The notes under the pieces: model-generated
Seen by the model: the letters and a program-made list of their open reading frames with translations, nothing else
Told to the model about the DNA's origin: nothing
The model's database searches: none
Assembly: GCA_009602735.1 (NCBI GenBank)
Contig: WELA01002258.1
Span: forward strand, 998,387 to 1,035,718
From: Mesotaenium endlicherianum
Taxonomy: Eukaryota
Direction of reading: 5' to 3'
DNA: 37,332 bases
In this document: one piece after another, positions 1 to 10,831 of the stretch
How the letters are laid out: the number at the start of each line of letters is the position of its first letter
Position numbering within the stretch: the stretch's first letter is position 1
Position numbers and translations under genes: made by a program

Positions 1-13
1 GGGGGGCTGGCAC

Positions 14-2719
14 CTTGCTGGAGTCGGGGACAGAGATGAGCGGCTGGCTCTGGAGGGCGGCGTCCTGCAGGGCCTCCGCACTCTTCAGGCTCGAGCGCAC
101 CGACACCGAGGACCGCACCTGCGCCAGGTGTCAGTCGGGCAGGGGCAGCAGAATTGCCAGGTGTCAGAGGTGCCAGATGCGCCGGGTGTCTCAGAGGTGC
201 CAGGCGTCCGAGATGCCAGGCGCCCGAGGTGCCAGGCGTCTGAGGTGCCAGAGGTCAGAGGTGCCACGTGTCACGTGCCAAGGGTCAGGGGTGCGGACAT
301 CGGGTGAGTCAGGCATGTCGAGTGTCGGGCGCCAAGGCCAGGTGTCAGACCAGGCGTAACGGGAGCGTACGTGCGAATGACAGTCTCAGGGGACTGGCTC
401 GACGATGTATGCAGGCGCACGTGCACGCACGTGGAAGCTTGCAGCATCTATATGGGTGACCTGCCAACAGACTTGAGCCCCTTGATACATGCAAGTACCT
501 GCCCTTCTGTGTAACTGCCCCCACATGCCCCTCTGTGTGTGTGTGTGTGTGTGTGTGCACCTTTTCACACTCCTACGTGAAAGCACACTCTCATGCACGC
601 ACAGACACACCGACACTCACACTCGCACATGCACACGCACGCACTAATACACACACGCAACACGCAAACATACAAGTGCACGTGAGCGCATGCACACAAA
701 CATACACATCACACGCACACATGACACCTGCCATTTCATGCCCTCTCCTTCTCGCGCACACACACACAAACACGCACACCAATGCTCCCCCACGTGCCCT
801 AAACACATACACGCACATTTGACGGATAGGCGAGCGAGTGCCCACACAGGGGCCCGGACGCAAACGCTTACAGAGCTGGAGCCGGCACGCGAGACAGCGG
901 AGGGGCGCGACGAGGCAGACCCCACAGGCGCGCGCGCGATCCGCGTCGAGGGCATGGTGCGAGGAGGTGCAGATGCACCTGGTCTCCCCAGCGCGGCAGA
1001 GTCGTCCAGGTTCTCTGTACCTGCACCAGCACCAGCACACAGGGAGCAGTCAGTCAAGGCCTCATGCGCAACTCACTGCCTGCAGTGATGCACCGGGGCT
1101 GCACGGCATGCGACACCTGGCAGCTGGGGGGACTGGGGAGGCAGTGGAGGGAGGGGAGGGGGCGGATATTAATTTGGGGGGGAGGAGAAGCATTGAATGA
1201 TGCATATAAACGTTGCAAGCTACATTGCAATGAGCGGGTTTGCAACGGCAACTGCACGTGTGTGAGAAAAATCCCCTCCCCCTCCCCCCCCTCCTCCCCT
1301 CTGTCCCTCCTCTCTGCTTTTGTAAGATGCACAAACACACATACAGAGACGAGTACAGACAGAAACTAAACAAAGCGTGTACATGCGCGTATTCTCGCAC
1401 ATAGTTGTGTACGAATGTACAGATAGACATGTGTATCTGTACACTCAAGCGAGTAATCCCTTCATAAACGGGTTCGGGTTCGTGAAATCAACGACGGCAA
1501 GCTGGATCCACAAAAAGTGCACGAGTGCCAAAAAAAGGAGGGCGAGAGGCTGAGAGACTTGGAAGGTGGGAGGAGGCTGAGGTAGGGAAGGAGCAAACGA
1601 AGAAAGGATAAAGAGAGCGAGAGAGGCTGAGGGAAGGAAGGATATGGGGGGTGGGNTCTCCAGCACCGGGGCTATGGCCGCCTGCCCCGCGGACGGCAGC
1701 TCCAACCGCGCCGCCTTTGCAATCTGCACATGCTTCACTCTCGTGTTATACGTGTATTTGCCAGCTGGCAAGACACGTGTCGCATGACTCCTCTGCATCT
1801 CGCTGTGCCGTCTTTGCAAGAAGCACGCACGTCAGATGTGACCTCTGTTCCGCTCATCCGTTTGATGGCCACAGGAAGGTATGTATTTGCCAGAGCCGCT
1901 CAATCACCCCGTCTCTGCAATCTGCTCGCACGTTGATTTTGGTGTGCAGGCATCAGCGTTCACTTGCATGGTACGTTGGACGAATCATTTCCAATGTTTC
2001 CGCTGAGAAGAGAGGTTCAAAGGAGGAGGTTCGAGAGTAGAGAAGCGATCAAGTAGCCCGGAGCCAGCTGCGGCTACCTCTCGCGGCAGAAGGGCCTCTC
2101 GTCACTCAAGAGAAGAAGCTCAACGGGGGGGGGGAGGGGCACTGACCATCTCGTAGGAGCAGACGCGGATGAGCTCCACCACCAGCACGTCCGCGGCCTT
2201 GCGCACTTCCGCGTTCTTGTCCTGTGCGGGCGCGGAGAGCACGTAAGAAGCAGATGAGGAGCATAGCGGGCCTTGCACCCGAACTCTGCAAGCGCACGCG
2301 CACGCACACATGCATATGGGCGTGCCTGCGTGTGTGTGTGTGTGTGGGGGTCGTGGAGGTGTGCGAATACGAGGGCAATGTCAAAATCTCTTTCATGGAA
2401 AGCGTGCAGCAAGAGGAGCATGAGGAGGGGGGAGGGAGGGGAGGGAGGGAGAGTGAGGGAGGAAGGCAGAGACAAACGGGTTGGAGGGGGCGGGGCGGGA
2501 GAGAGGGAAGACCAGAGACTAAGAAGCAGACGGAGAAGGGCGAGGAGGGGTATAACGAGGAGGCGGCACCTGGAGGCAGGCGGCCGCAGGCTTGACGAGC
2601 TGCAGGAGCTCGCTACCCTCCGACGCCTTGGGCAGCTGGCGCGACAGCCAGTCCAGGAGTTCCTTGCGCCCGTATGCCGACAGCTTCGCCTCTGCCAGCG
2701 CCGCCGCTACGCTTGGCAC
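14..2719 (-). CDS. MOR1: Internal exons of MOR1/GEM1 (XMAP215/Dis1-family TOG-domain microtubule polymerase); partial gene continuing off the left edge
   Basis: AG/GT-bounded exons 2719-2570 (VPSVAAALAEAKLSAYGRKELLDWLSRQLPKASEGSELLQLVKPAAACLQ), 2221-2147 (DKNAEVRKAADVLVVELIRVCSYEM), 1723-~1657 (IAKAARLELPSAGQAAIAPVLE, cut by the N at 1656), 1020-872 (low-complexity S/A/R/P linker) and 118-14 (..DAALQSQPLISVPDSSK). These are colinear with the recalled plant MOR1 segment GRKDLFDWL..LLKPA..DKSADVRKAA..IQSQALLN.KDSNK. Confidence 0.85.
123..352. repeat. Degenerate short-period tandem repeat (GGTGTCAGA/GGTGCCAGA-like) in a MOR1 intron
   Basis: Recurrent ggtgtcag/ggtgccag units of about 8-9 bp directly visible. 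Confidence 0.7.
533..820. repeat. (TG)n microsatellite followed by (CA)-rich low-complexity intronic sequence
   Basis: tgtgtg... run at about 534-556, then a cacaca-rich tract. Confidence 0.85.
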
Positions 2720-2817
2720 CTGCAAGTGTTCAGTTCCCGCGGGTGTCGGGGTTAGGCTTTGGGCTGGAGGTCGCAACGTCGCAAGGCTGTGAGAGACGGG
2801 ACTGTGAGGGTCGCAAC

Positions 2818-3258
2818 GCCATGACGCGAGACGGGAGCTATTGCCTGCAGATGACGCGGATTCAAGAAGGAGACTTTGTCTACCGCAAGCGCCAGACCAA
2901 GACCACCATCGACACCAGTTCAGGTGCAGTGATCTTGCACGTGAGACATGCATTTGACAATGGTGTGTTAGAACTGGAAGGCTGTGATGGTAAAACCATG
3001 AGAGACCACGTGCAGAATTGCTCGCTATGCCATTTGCCGAATATTGATCCTACAGTTAGGGTTGTGCCCAAGGAATTGGTGCCGGCCACGCCTTGTGCCA
3101 GCTGCAAAGTGCTGGACGATCAGGAAGCAATGGTAACTTGCGATAAGTGTGGTGCCCGTTGGTACACTTTCTGCATTGGCGAGGAAGAAATTATGGCAGG
3201 ACGATGGGAATGTCCTGATTGCCTTCCTAAAATTTCTAGCCGCAGGGCTGGAAAATAA
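2818..3258 (+). pseudogene. 5'-truncated C-terminus of a gypsy-like retrotransposon polyprotein: integrase C-terminal-like region plus PHD finger
   Basis: AMTRDGSY..GDFVYRKRQ..ILHV..GVLELEGCDG..HVQNC..CHLPNID is followed by C-x2-C-x11-C-x2-C-x4-Y-x2-C-x12-C-x2-C (3094-3222; PHD pattern with His replaced by Tyr). Stop at 3256-3258, then a PPT and terminal repeats. Confidence 0.75.
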
Positions 3259-3293
3259 TAGCTTTCAGCAGGAAAGGCAGGGACGCCTCAGCT

Positions 3294-3305
3294 GAAAGGG
3301 AGGGG
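3294..3305 (+). promoter_or_regulatory. Polypurine tract of the PHD retrotransposon
   Basis: GAAAGGGAGGGG directly abutting TGTAAG, the start of repeat X. Confidence 0.85.
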
Positions 3306-3608
3306 TGTAAGAGGAATTAAGGCAAGGCAAGTATTTTTAAATTTTCTGCTAAAGTCTTAGGATAAGCAGATGGTGAGAGCCGGGTGACAGAGAACGTCAC
3401 CCTGAGTATTGGTCAAGGCTGCATGGTGCAAGTTCAGGAACCCAGGGATGGGTTAACCCTGGTAAGGCTTGTCACCGACACACGTGCAAAGGTCGATCAA
3501 CCATGTCTGCCACACGTGAGGAGGGCCACCGACACATCAACCAGGCCGAAGGCACGCGTGCTGGAAGGCTATGCACGTGCCAAGGGACCGACACTGTTAG
3601 GCACGACA
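3306..3608 (+). repeat. Terminal repeat block X, copy 1 (303 bp, TG...CA)
   Basis: Direct repeat of 4837-5139 with 7 substitutions counted by eye; follows the PPT. Confidence 0.9.
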
Positions 3609-3610
3609 GC

Positions 3611-4836
3611 TGTCGCGACTATTATCCGTTTGACGGTGTCGCACGCGCAGCGCAAGCTACGGCCACCTAGTGCTGAAAGTCAACGTTGACTCACCGACCA
3701 CTTGACTGATTACATCGCAGTCAGCGGTTATGGCGGCGTCAAGACCACTGGCAAGGGGTCAATGTCAGTGTGCCCCACACCCAAGGATGGGGGAGGTTTT
3801 GACAAGACAGCCGCGAGGCTAGGAGCTGGGGATCAGCAATGAGCCGCCCAGCAAGTACCAGGTCAGGTACTGTGTGACTGGCAGATTAAGCCAGGTCATG
3901 GCTGCAATGCCAAGATAGGTTACGGCCGCCCGGTTGGGAAAACTTGAGCAAGTGGCATTTGCTTGCACGCCGCTCAGGAATTCTTAGCCATGAGCCAATT
4001 AGGCGTGACTGCCAGCTGAGAAGCTAAGCAGCCACGCGCGACAGTCACAAGGTGTGCATGCATGCTGAGTGACTACGAGTTTGAGTTGAGCATGGCTAGG
4101 CAGAGGCGACATGCAGCTAAGTTGTGTGACTAAGCACGGCATTCTCGAAAGATGACGCTGTGTGGTGCCTGCGAAAGGCACGAATCTTGCCTGAGACATG
4201 TCATTCACTCTCACGCACCTTTGCCAAGAAGCAGAAGGAAAGAGAAGAAGGGCGCGAAGAAGAAGAAGGAGTTCCCAAGGCCATTGGAGGGCCAAAGCCC
4301 CACGCTTCTGACGACGCCGAAGATTCTTCTGTGTATCATAGATAAGTTAGGATTGTAGGAGTTCCCAAGAGGGAATCTCACGGTTGAAGAAGGAGAACTG
4401 CAGTATAGAATTTGTTAGGAGATTAGCACAGAGTCAGCCGAACGCCACAAGTGTGTGTGTGAAGCAGCCTCAAAATGGTGAGTTGTGTGTTGATTTCCAA
4501 GTTCTCAGAAGTCGCATTCGCATCTTGAAGAGAGAGAGTAGTATTGACAGATAAAGCTCTGAGTGAAGAACTGAGTGAGCCCAGCCTGGCGGTGAAGAGC
4601 TGTTAAGGCGCGGTGTTATGTGAAGAGCTTGACCCAGGCCAGCATAGACGTGGTTTCAGAGTTTTGTAAGCTGACGTGTGTAAGTTAAGCGAAAGCCGGA
4701 AGGGCGATTTTCTCTGAATCTGACGTTGCATGTCAAGCTGTTTAGAGTGTGATTTTTGCAAACTACAATTTGCTCACCTGTGAACCCAAGAACCTTAAGG
4801 CATAAAGCCTATGTGGAAGTAAGAGACTTCCGTCCT
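3611..4836 (+). repeat. Terminal repeat block Y, copy 1 (about 1.23 kb, starts TGTCG, ends GTCCT)
   Basis: Homologous end to end with 26526-27764. Confidence 0.9.
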
Positions 4837-5139
4837 TGTAAGAGGAATTAAGGCAAGGCAAGTATTTTTAATTTTTTTGCTAAAGTCTTAGGATAAGCAG
4901 ATGGTGAGAGCCGGGTGACAGAGAACGTCACCCTGAGTGTTGGTCAAGGTTGCATGGTGCAAGTTCAGGAAGCCAGGGATGGGTTAACCCTGGTAAGGCT
5001 TGTCACCGACACACGTGCAAAGGTCGATCAACCATGTCTGCCACACGTGAGGAGGGCCACCGATACATCAACCAGGCCGAAGGCACGCGTGCTGGAAGGC
5101 TACGCACGTGCCAAGGGACCGACACTGTTAGGCACGACA
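4837..5139 (+). repeat. Terminal repeat block X, copy 2; right terminus of the element (ends CGACA)
   Basis: Direct repeat of 3306-3608; homology stops exactly after ...GGCACGACA. Confidence 0.9.
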
Positions 5140-7094
5140 CTAATCAGAAGAAAACCAAATATATGGATGATGTTTAAATTCTTCTAGCAATTACATTAAT
5201 TATTTAGCTCAAAACGCTCAAAACACAACCAAATTGTTCTGATATGTTGTATGCATAAGGTCGTCGTCAAGAATGTTCTGTGAAAACACGTTCAAATTTC
5301 AAAGCTCTTGTGAGCACGTAAGCATATTGAAGCGTATAGATGGTAAAGGAATTTCATTTTGTTCACTCGTATTTGAAACTATGCTTTCAAAAGGCACCTG
5401 AAGTTGCCCATAGTTTACGTGGAATGTCATGAACAAAGAGGTTTGCTATGGATTGTGGTACTAATGGGTACAGATTAGAATTTGGTATCAATTGGTATTA
5501 ACCTCAACCGACAACATACGAAAGGTCAACCAACAAGGTTGTAGAGTTAGTTGAACACATCACTCGCCAAGATTTGCTCCTCCAAGTTTGCCCTCTTATT
5601 AAGGAAATGTAGCAAATGTACTTAACAAGTCTATCTCTGGACCTCAGCTCAGCTATGCCTGTCACCACATGCAGCTCGTTCTTCTAGGCACCATAGATCT
5701 TCCTGTTATGCTCTTTCCACAGTTATTGCACCTCCAACTCCTGCTCATCCACCCATCCGCAAGCAATCTTGCGCAAATGATCTTACTCTAGTCTATATCT
5801 TTACTCCTCCTCCCCAGAAGGTGCTGGTAGCTTACTACTCTCAGCCAACAGGAGCGTCTTACTCCCACCTCCTAGCTTTATCTTTGTCTAATTGTGATTC
5901 CTCCGATACACCCCTCTCAACACGCCCTCCTGCAGACGTTGCTCTCATATCTGCATGATACATCAATCCCCTCTTTTCCACAATGCTTCAAATAGCCACT
6001 CAGTACTCTCCCACTCCATGCAGCTCTGTCCCTTCTCGACTTCCACCTCTCCCTCCTGCTCAGCCACAAGCACAGCCACGGACACGATATTTTGTGTCTC
6101 TTTGGCTCTTATAAGAGGTCCCTTACCTTCAATAGCCAAGACGTTATGGCTACAATTTGAGGTGAGGGTGCAGTTGTTGGGCAGCGTGTCATTGATGCAA
6201 AAAATTAGCTTAGCATTAGCTCTTCTTGGAGCTTCCCCCCTTGTACTTTGAAGTCCATAATAAAGGCCAATTTCTTACTTAATTACTGTCCTTATATGTT
6301 CTGGCCCACCTCTGCTCTTGTGAGGCAATGCCGCTAAAACAAATTTGCATATACTCCAAACTCCTCTCGAGATGTATATCCCATGTCCTCCTCAGACATC
6401 TCTTTCATAATGTCCTCAAGCATTACTTCCAATCTTCTCAACTCCCCCTCACAGAGCGGACGAGTCCTTTTGGCCAGTTTGCCAAGTGTTTCTCATACTC
6501 AATGCAAGCATAAGCTATATACGGCTCTACACTCCTTGCATAGTCGAGTTCACATTGATTTGGTATTCCTTACCATAAGGCTCCGGCGTTTCTTCAAAAT
6601 ACTCCTCTCACATGTTCATTAGTTTTTTCCTCTCATACAGCCATAACCCAGCCCCGCTCAAGCATTAAAGAAAGAGAAAAAAGCAGCCACAAGATAGGCC
6701 TATGGCAGCAATAAAAAGAGGAACTGAAAATGCCACCACAAGGCCCAATTGCAGTACTAAAAAGAGCCAAAAACAAGTCCATGAAAAAGCCCCGACGCAG
6801 CAAAAAAAAAAAGGAATAGATGCAACCACGACACAACCCCACACAAGCACTAATAAAGGAGAAAATGAGCCATAACATAGCCCAACAGCAGCACCAAAAC
6901 AACCATAGCAAAGTCCCATGGCAGCACCGAAACTTACCCAAAAACCAGCACAAAATTACCCAAAAAGCAGCACTAAAAGAGCCATGAAGAGGATAACAGC
7001 ACCCTCAAAAATCCCCTGGATGATGGCATTACCTCAAAAAGACGCCCACGCATGATGATGCTTGTCAAAAATCGTGTCTGACATCACATCTTCA

Positions 7095-8630
7095 ACTCCA
7101 AAGACGACTCCTTGCGGAAAAGTGCAAGAGGCTTGTGGTGGTTGCGGATGTACACAACCACTTGCTTACCCTGTCCACGAAGTCTTTGATCCAAGCTTCC
7201 TTGGTCATGTCTTCTAAGAGAAGATCCATACCATGAGCTTTGCACGCAGTCCATGTAATGTGTTGATACTCCACTTCAATGAGTTTGCGTGCAACACATG
7301 AAAATGAGCAATAGTAGCAATGAGCATTACGGTATGACCAATTGCAATCCTGGCATACAACAACATTTTAAAGCTAAATTGCAATAATAACCATACTAAC
7401 AATATGCACAATAGTTGTCACAAGCACTCAAGCCATGACTTTATATGCTAAATGTGGCATGGCTAGCAGGTTGTAGTTGTTATAGCAACCTTCGGTTGGC
7501 ACCTCAAAGTATACAGCAGCCAGCGGCTCAAAATATACAACACGTAACACTCAAAAATGTATACCAGCCAGGAGCTAAAAATGTATAGCAGTCAGCAACT
7601 TGAAAACTAGACCATCCAGCAGCAAACAATATACACCAAGCAGCAGCTACAAATATATAGCAATTAGCAGCAAAAAAAAAAGAGCAAGCAGCAACCACAA
7701 ATGTACAGCAACCAGCAAGACGAAGTATAGAGCAGGCAGCAGCTACAAATGTTTAGCAGCCAGCAGGTGCATACAAAGAGCAGAGTATTGTAAAAAAATT
7801 GCACCACTATAAAATTCTTGTGGTGCAAACTAATAAAGCATATTGACATGCACAAATAATGAGGATTAAGTAGAAGTACTATACCTCCAGCTTTGCACAC
7901 AACTGTTGAATCAGTGCAGACATGAAGACTGTTGTCAGCACCGAGCTGTTAAGGACCTCGCAGAACAAGGAAGCAAGGTAGGCAGCACTCTTGGTCATAT
8001 TCTCAGTATTGACGGCCTTGAGGAAGACCTCGCCCTCGGGAGAAGCAGCAATGAAGTTGATGAGGGGTCTATTCGTGTAGTCAGTCCACCCGTCAGACGT
8101 GCCAGTGAACTTGTTGACTCTAGCTCTCTTGATGAAGTGCGCCACTTGCTTATCTGTAACAGCAGCTTCTTTGTCCAGCAAAACAGTTCTCAAGCGCTTA
8201 ACCTTAGGAGGCATGTATACAGGACTAGCCTTCACGATAACTCTAATGCTTCTGAATAAGATAAGCTATTGGCAACATTGAACGCCAATGCAATGTCAAA
8301 GAAAAATCTTGCTATGGCTTGATCAGCAAATTCTCTATGATTAATGTTGAAAGCAGCCTCCATAATAGTTTGACTACCACCCTGACTCAATACACCTGAT
8401 GCATTGCCGTGCTTATCACCTACGACACCAAGCATATGGAAGATTTGTGGCGTAACTTCCTGATGCAGCGCAACTCATCTTCGTTGTTCTGCTTCAGAAT
8501 CTTCGTCACATCATCTTCAAGCACAACCCTAGCCATGTGGTCAGCGACATCCTGGTTCACCTTGGGGCATATTGCGATGCCTCAACCCCTAATCTGAAAC
8601 AAATGCAGGCGGACTCTAGTGCACGCTTGA
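7095..8630 (-). pseudogene. Decayed hAT-superfamily DNA transposase (BED-finger tail plus DUF659/RNase H-like core)
   Basis: TRVRLHLFQIRG*GIAICPKV (BED tail with a stop); ADQAIARFFFDIALAFNVA; GTSDGWTDYTNRPLINFIAASPEGEVFLKAV (first catalytic D, DGW motif); HITWTACKAHGMDLLLED (CxxH motif). Frameshifts, a stop and a probable intron at about 7280-7885. Confidence 0.85.
7506..7785. repeat. Degenerate 24-bp minisatellite (about 11 units, consensus near AAATGTATAGCAGCCAGCAGCTAC) inside the hAT remnant
   Basis: Units such as aaatgtataccagccaggagctaa, aaatgtatagcagtcagcaacttg and aaatgtttagcagccagcaggtgc. Confidence 0.75.
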
Positions 8631-10831
8631 GAGGTCTCAAAATCACAAAACCTGCATCGTATTCTGCCGTGCTTAGAACCCACAGAGTGAGGCATCAAGG
8701 TAACATACTCCCACACTGAGCGCTCCCCATTAGAGAACGCGGATGCACAATGTTTCCCTTACAAAAAACAGAAAGGCACTCACTCTCCACAAATGAACAC
8801 ACACAACTGAACACACACAAAAATACCTGATAGAACAAGCTAGCAGACAGCAATAAATAAACACAAGTGAGATAGAGAACTATGAGACAACAAAAAATAG
8901 GAAGCGGCAGTATAGTAAATCAGCCAAGGCAATGAATAAAAAGCCTGAATAGTGGCTCTTCATCTTCCTGTGAGTCCATAAAGAGGGAGTCCTCACGGTC
9001 GGCCATCATCACAAATGCCCTAACTTAAAATACTAAGAGAATGTTGAGCAACATTGGCAGTAATGGAGGTTGTTCAAGAAACAACAATGTAAACTTGTAG
9101 CAGTGAAGCATCTGGTGACAAAGCTGGTGCTACTTAATCTGAAGCGTCATTGTGTAGCACATCAACGCCGGTCATCGTAAGGTGATCCCAAATCTTGACA
9201 AGCTTACGCGTTAAAAATATACAGTTTGCCTGTCAGCCACTTCTCGCATAATCATCGATGACTGGACATGTTTTCACATTTTCTTTGGTCAGGTTGTCAG
9301 AGCAAACAAATGTTTTACTTCTTACACGCGTGATCAATTTATTTACCGTTTTCTTTGCCGCCAAATGTATTTAGCACGTTATACGCCAATGGTACACATA
9401 GTACGTGTGTACGTCCGTGTCATACGTATACGCCAAAAATGTATCCCATTACTAGGTCCACGCGTGCTCTAGTACTTATCGCTAAAGTGCTTTTCTTCCA
9501 GTATCTTCCTATTCACCTCTTCTAGCACCTGAATGTTAAGTGAGAGCAGGTGGAGTGAGGTGGAGCCAGGGAGCAGGGATGAGAAGGCCTTTCAATTTGA
9601 GGAAATCGTTGGAGTCTAGACATCCTTTTAATTTGACTGGAGCAAAAAAACAATAATCCAAATTGGCAAACAATATCAAGTTAATATGAAATCGAGAGGT
9701 CTGGCTGGGCTGAGAGCAGTCGGAAGTGTTCAATGAGAAGACCTACTTTGGGCCACCTTGAATCACCACCAAGTTACAACATACAACCACTCAACCAATC
9801 AAACAAATTATATATATCTCCTCTCCCAATTATCACCCACCCACTCCACCCCACTCTACACGTCTGACAACAACGTCAACGTGTATAGACTAGTGTTGAG
9901 TTTTGACCACGACAAGTCTATCTTGGTCACTGCCAAGCAATGTCATGTTAGTCAACCGAGTCGATTGTTGTACCCATTTGTAATAAGTTGTAGCATTTTG
10001 TAGTGTTGCTTTTCACAACTCTCGACTTGCGAGTCTTCACTTCCAACTCCCGAGACCCGAGCACTCCAACAAGGGTCCTAGTGTTAGATACACAAATAGA
10101 TGCAATACTTCGTGACATGTACATTTTGTATCACACGTATGGAAAGAAACTTCAGTTGACAAAAAGCTATGGACTCTTGCACGTATACTGCATGCCATCT
10201 ATCCAAGTTCCTCAGTCTGTCCTGCTTATGTCATATAGGATATTACCACATCAACAGTCAGGTAGATTCTTTTTTGTTTCTTGGATGAAAACACCTTCGC
10301 AACTTCACACTTTCAGCTATTGAAGTCGCAATATCACTGCAAAATACCCACGTGCATGAGAAGCGGAAGCAACTTGTATGTGTGTCAGGTTGATAATTCA
10401 TATACATTACATTAAAGCTATGCTCTGCAATACATACTTATGTGGCATAACCTACCGTTGTCAGATGACTACTTGCCCAAGAGAACCTTACATGAGCTTC
10501 GTGAGCTGAGTCTCTTCAAAAAAGCTACGGCAAGTACAACTCTAACCAAGCACACCACATCGGCTGCAGATTGCAACGTGGCCTCGTGGTGGTGGCCTGC
10601 TAAAGTGTGACTTGGCCTCGAGCAGCAAGAGAAGTTTGTGCCTGTTGTGCACATGCAGCTTACTAGAACAACACTGGTTGGATCTATGCTCTGGTGTGCA
10701 ATCCTCATCTAGAAGCGACGACACCAATATAAATAGTACGAAGCGCCAATATTATTGGTCGCACCTCTTAGCTGTGGCAGCCAGACCTAGATATTAAGGA
10801 AGAGGTACCTGGAAGTGGTATATTGTGGAAC

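Noticed and set aside
3306..5139. X-Y-X read as a stand-alone TRIM or non-autonomous LTR element with 303-bp LTRs
   Set aside because: There is no PBS after the first X, no PPT before the second X and no TSD. The PPT lies before the first X, and Y recurs as the 5' terminus of a gag-bearing copy.
4832..5144. Second X read as a solo LTR inserted into Y
   Set aside because: The flanks GTCCT and CTAAT are not a TSD, Y sequence does not resume after X, and the end of Y coincides with the candidate primer site in the other copy.
7506..7785. Regularly spaced repeats as a CRISPR-like array
   Set aside because: The units are contiguous and degenerate with no unique spacers, the context is eukaryotic, and there are no cas genes.
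5459..9454. Possible hAT terminal inverted repeats (TACTAATGGGTAC near 5459 versus GTATCCCATTACTA near 9441-9454)
   Set aside because: The match is imperfect and no 8-bp TSD is evident, so the element ends cannot be supported.
9460..10830. Short ORFs downstream of the RLK stop codon
   Set aside because: No domain or splice pattern is recognisable; this is probably 3' UTR, intergenic DNA or decayed repeat.
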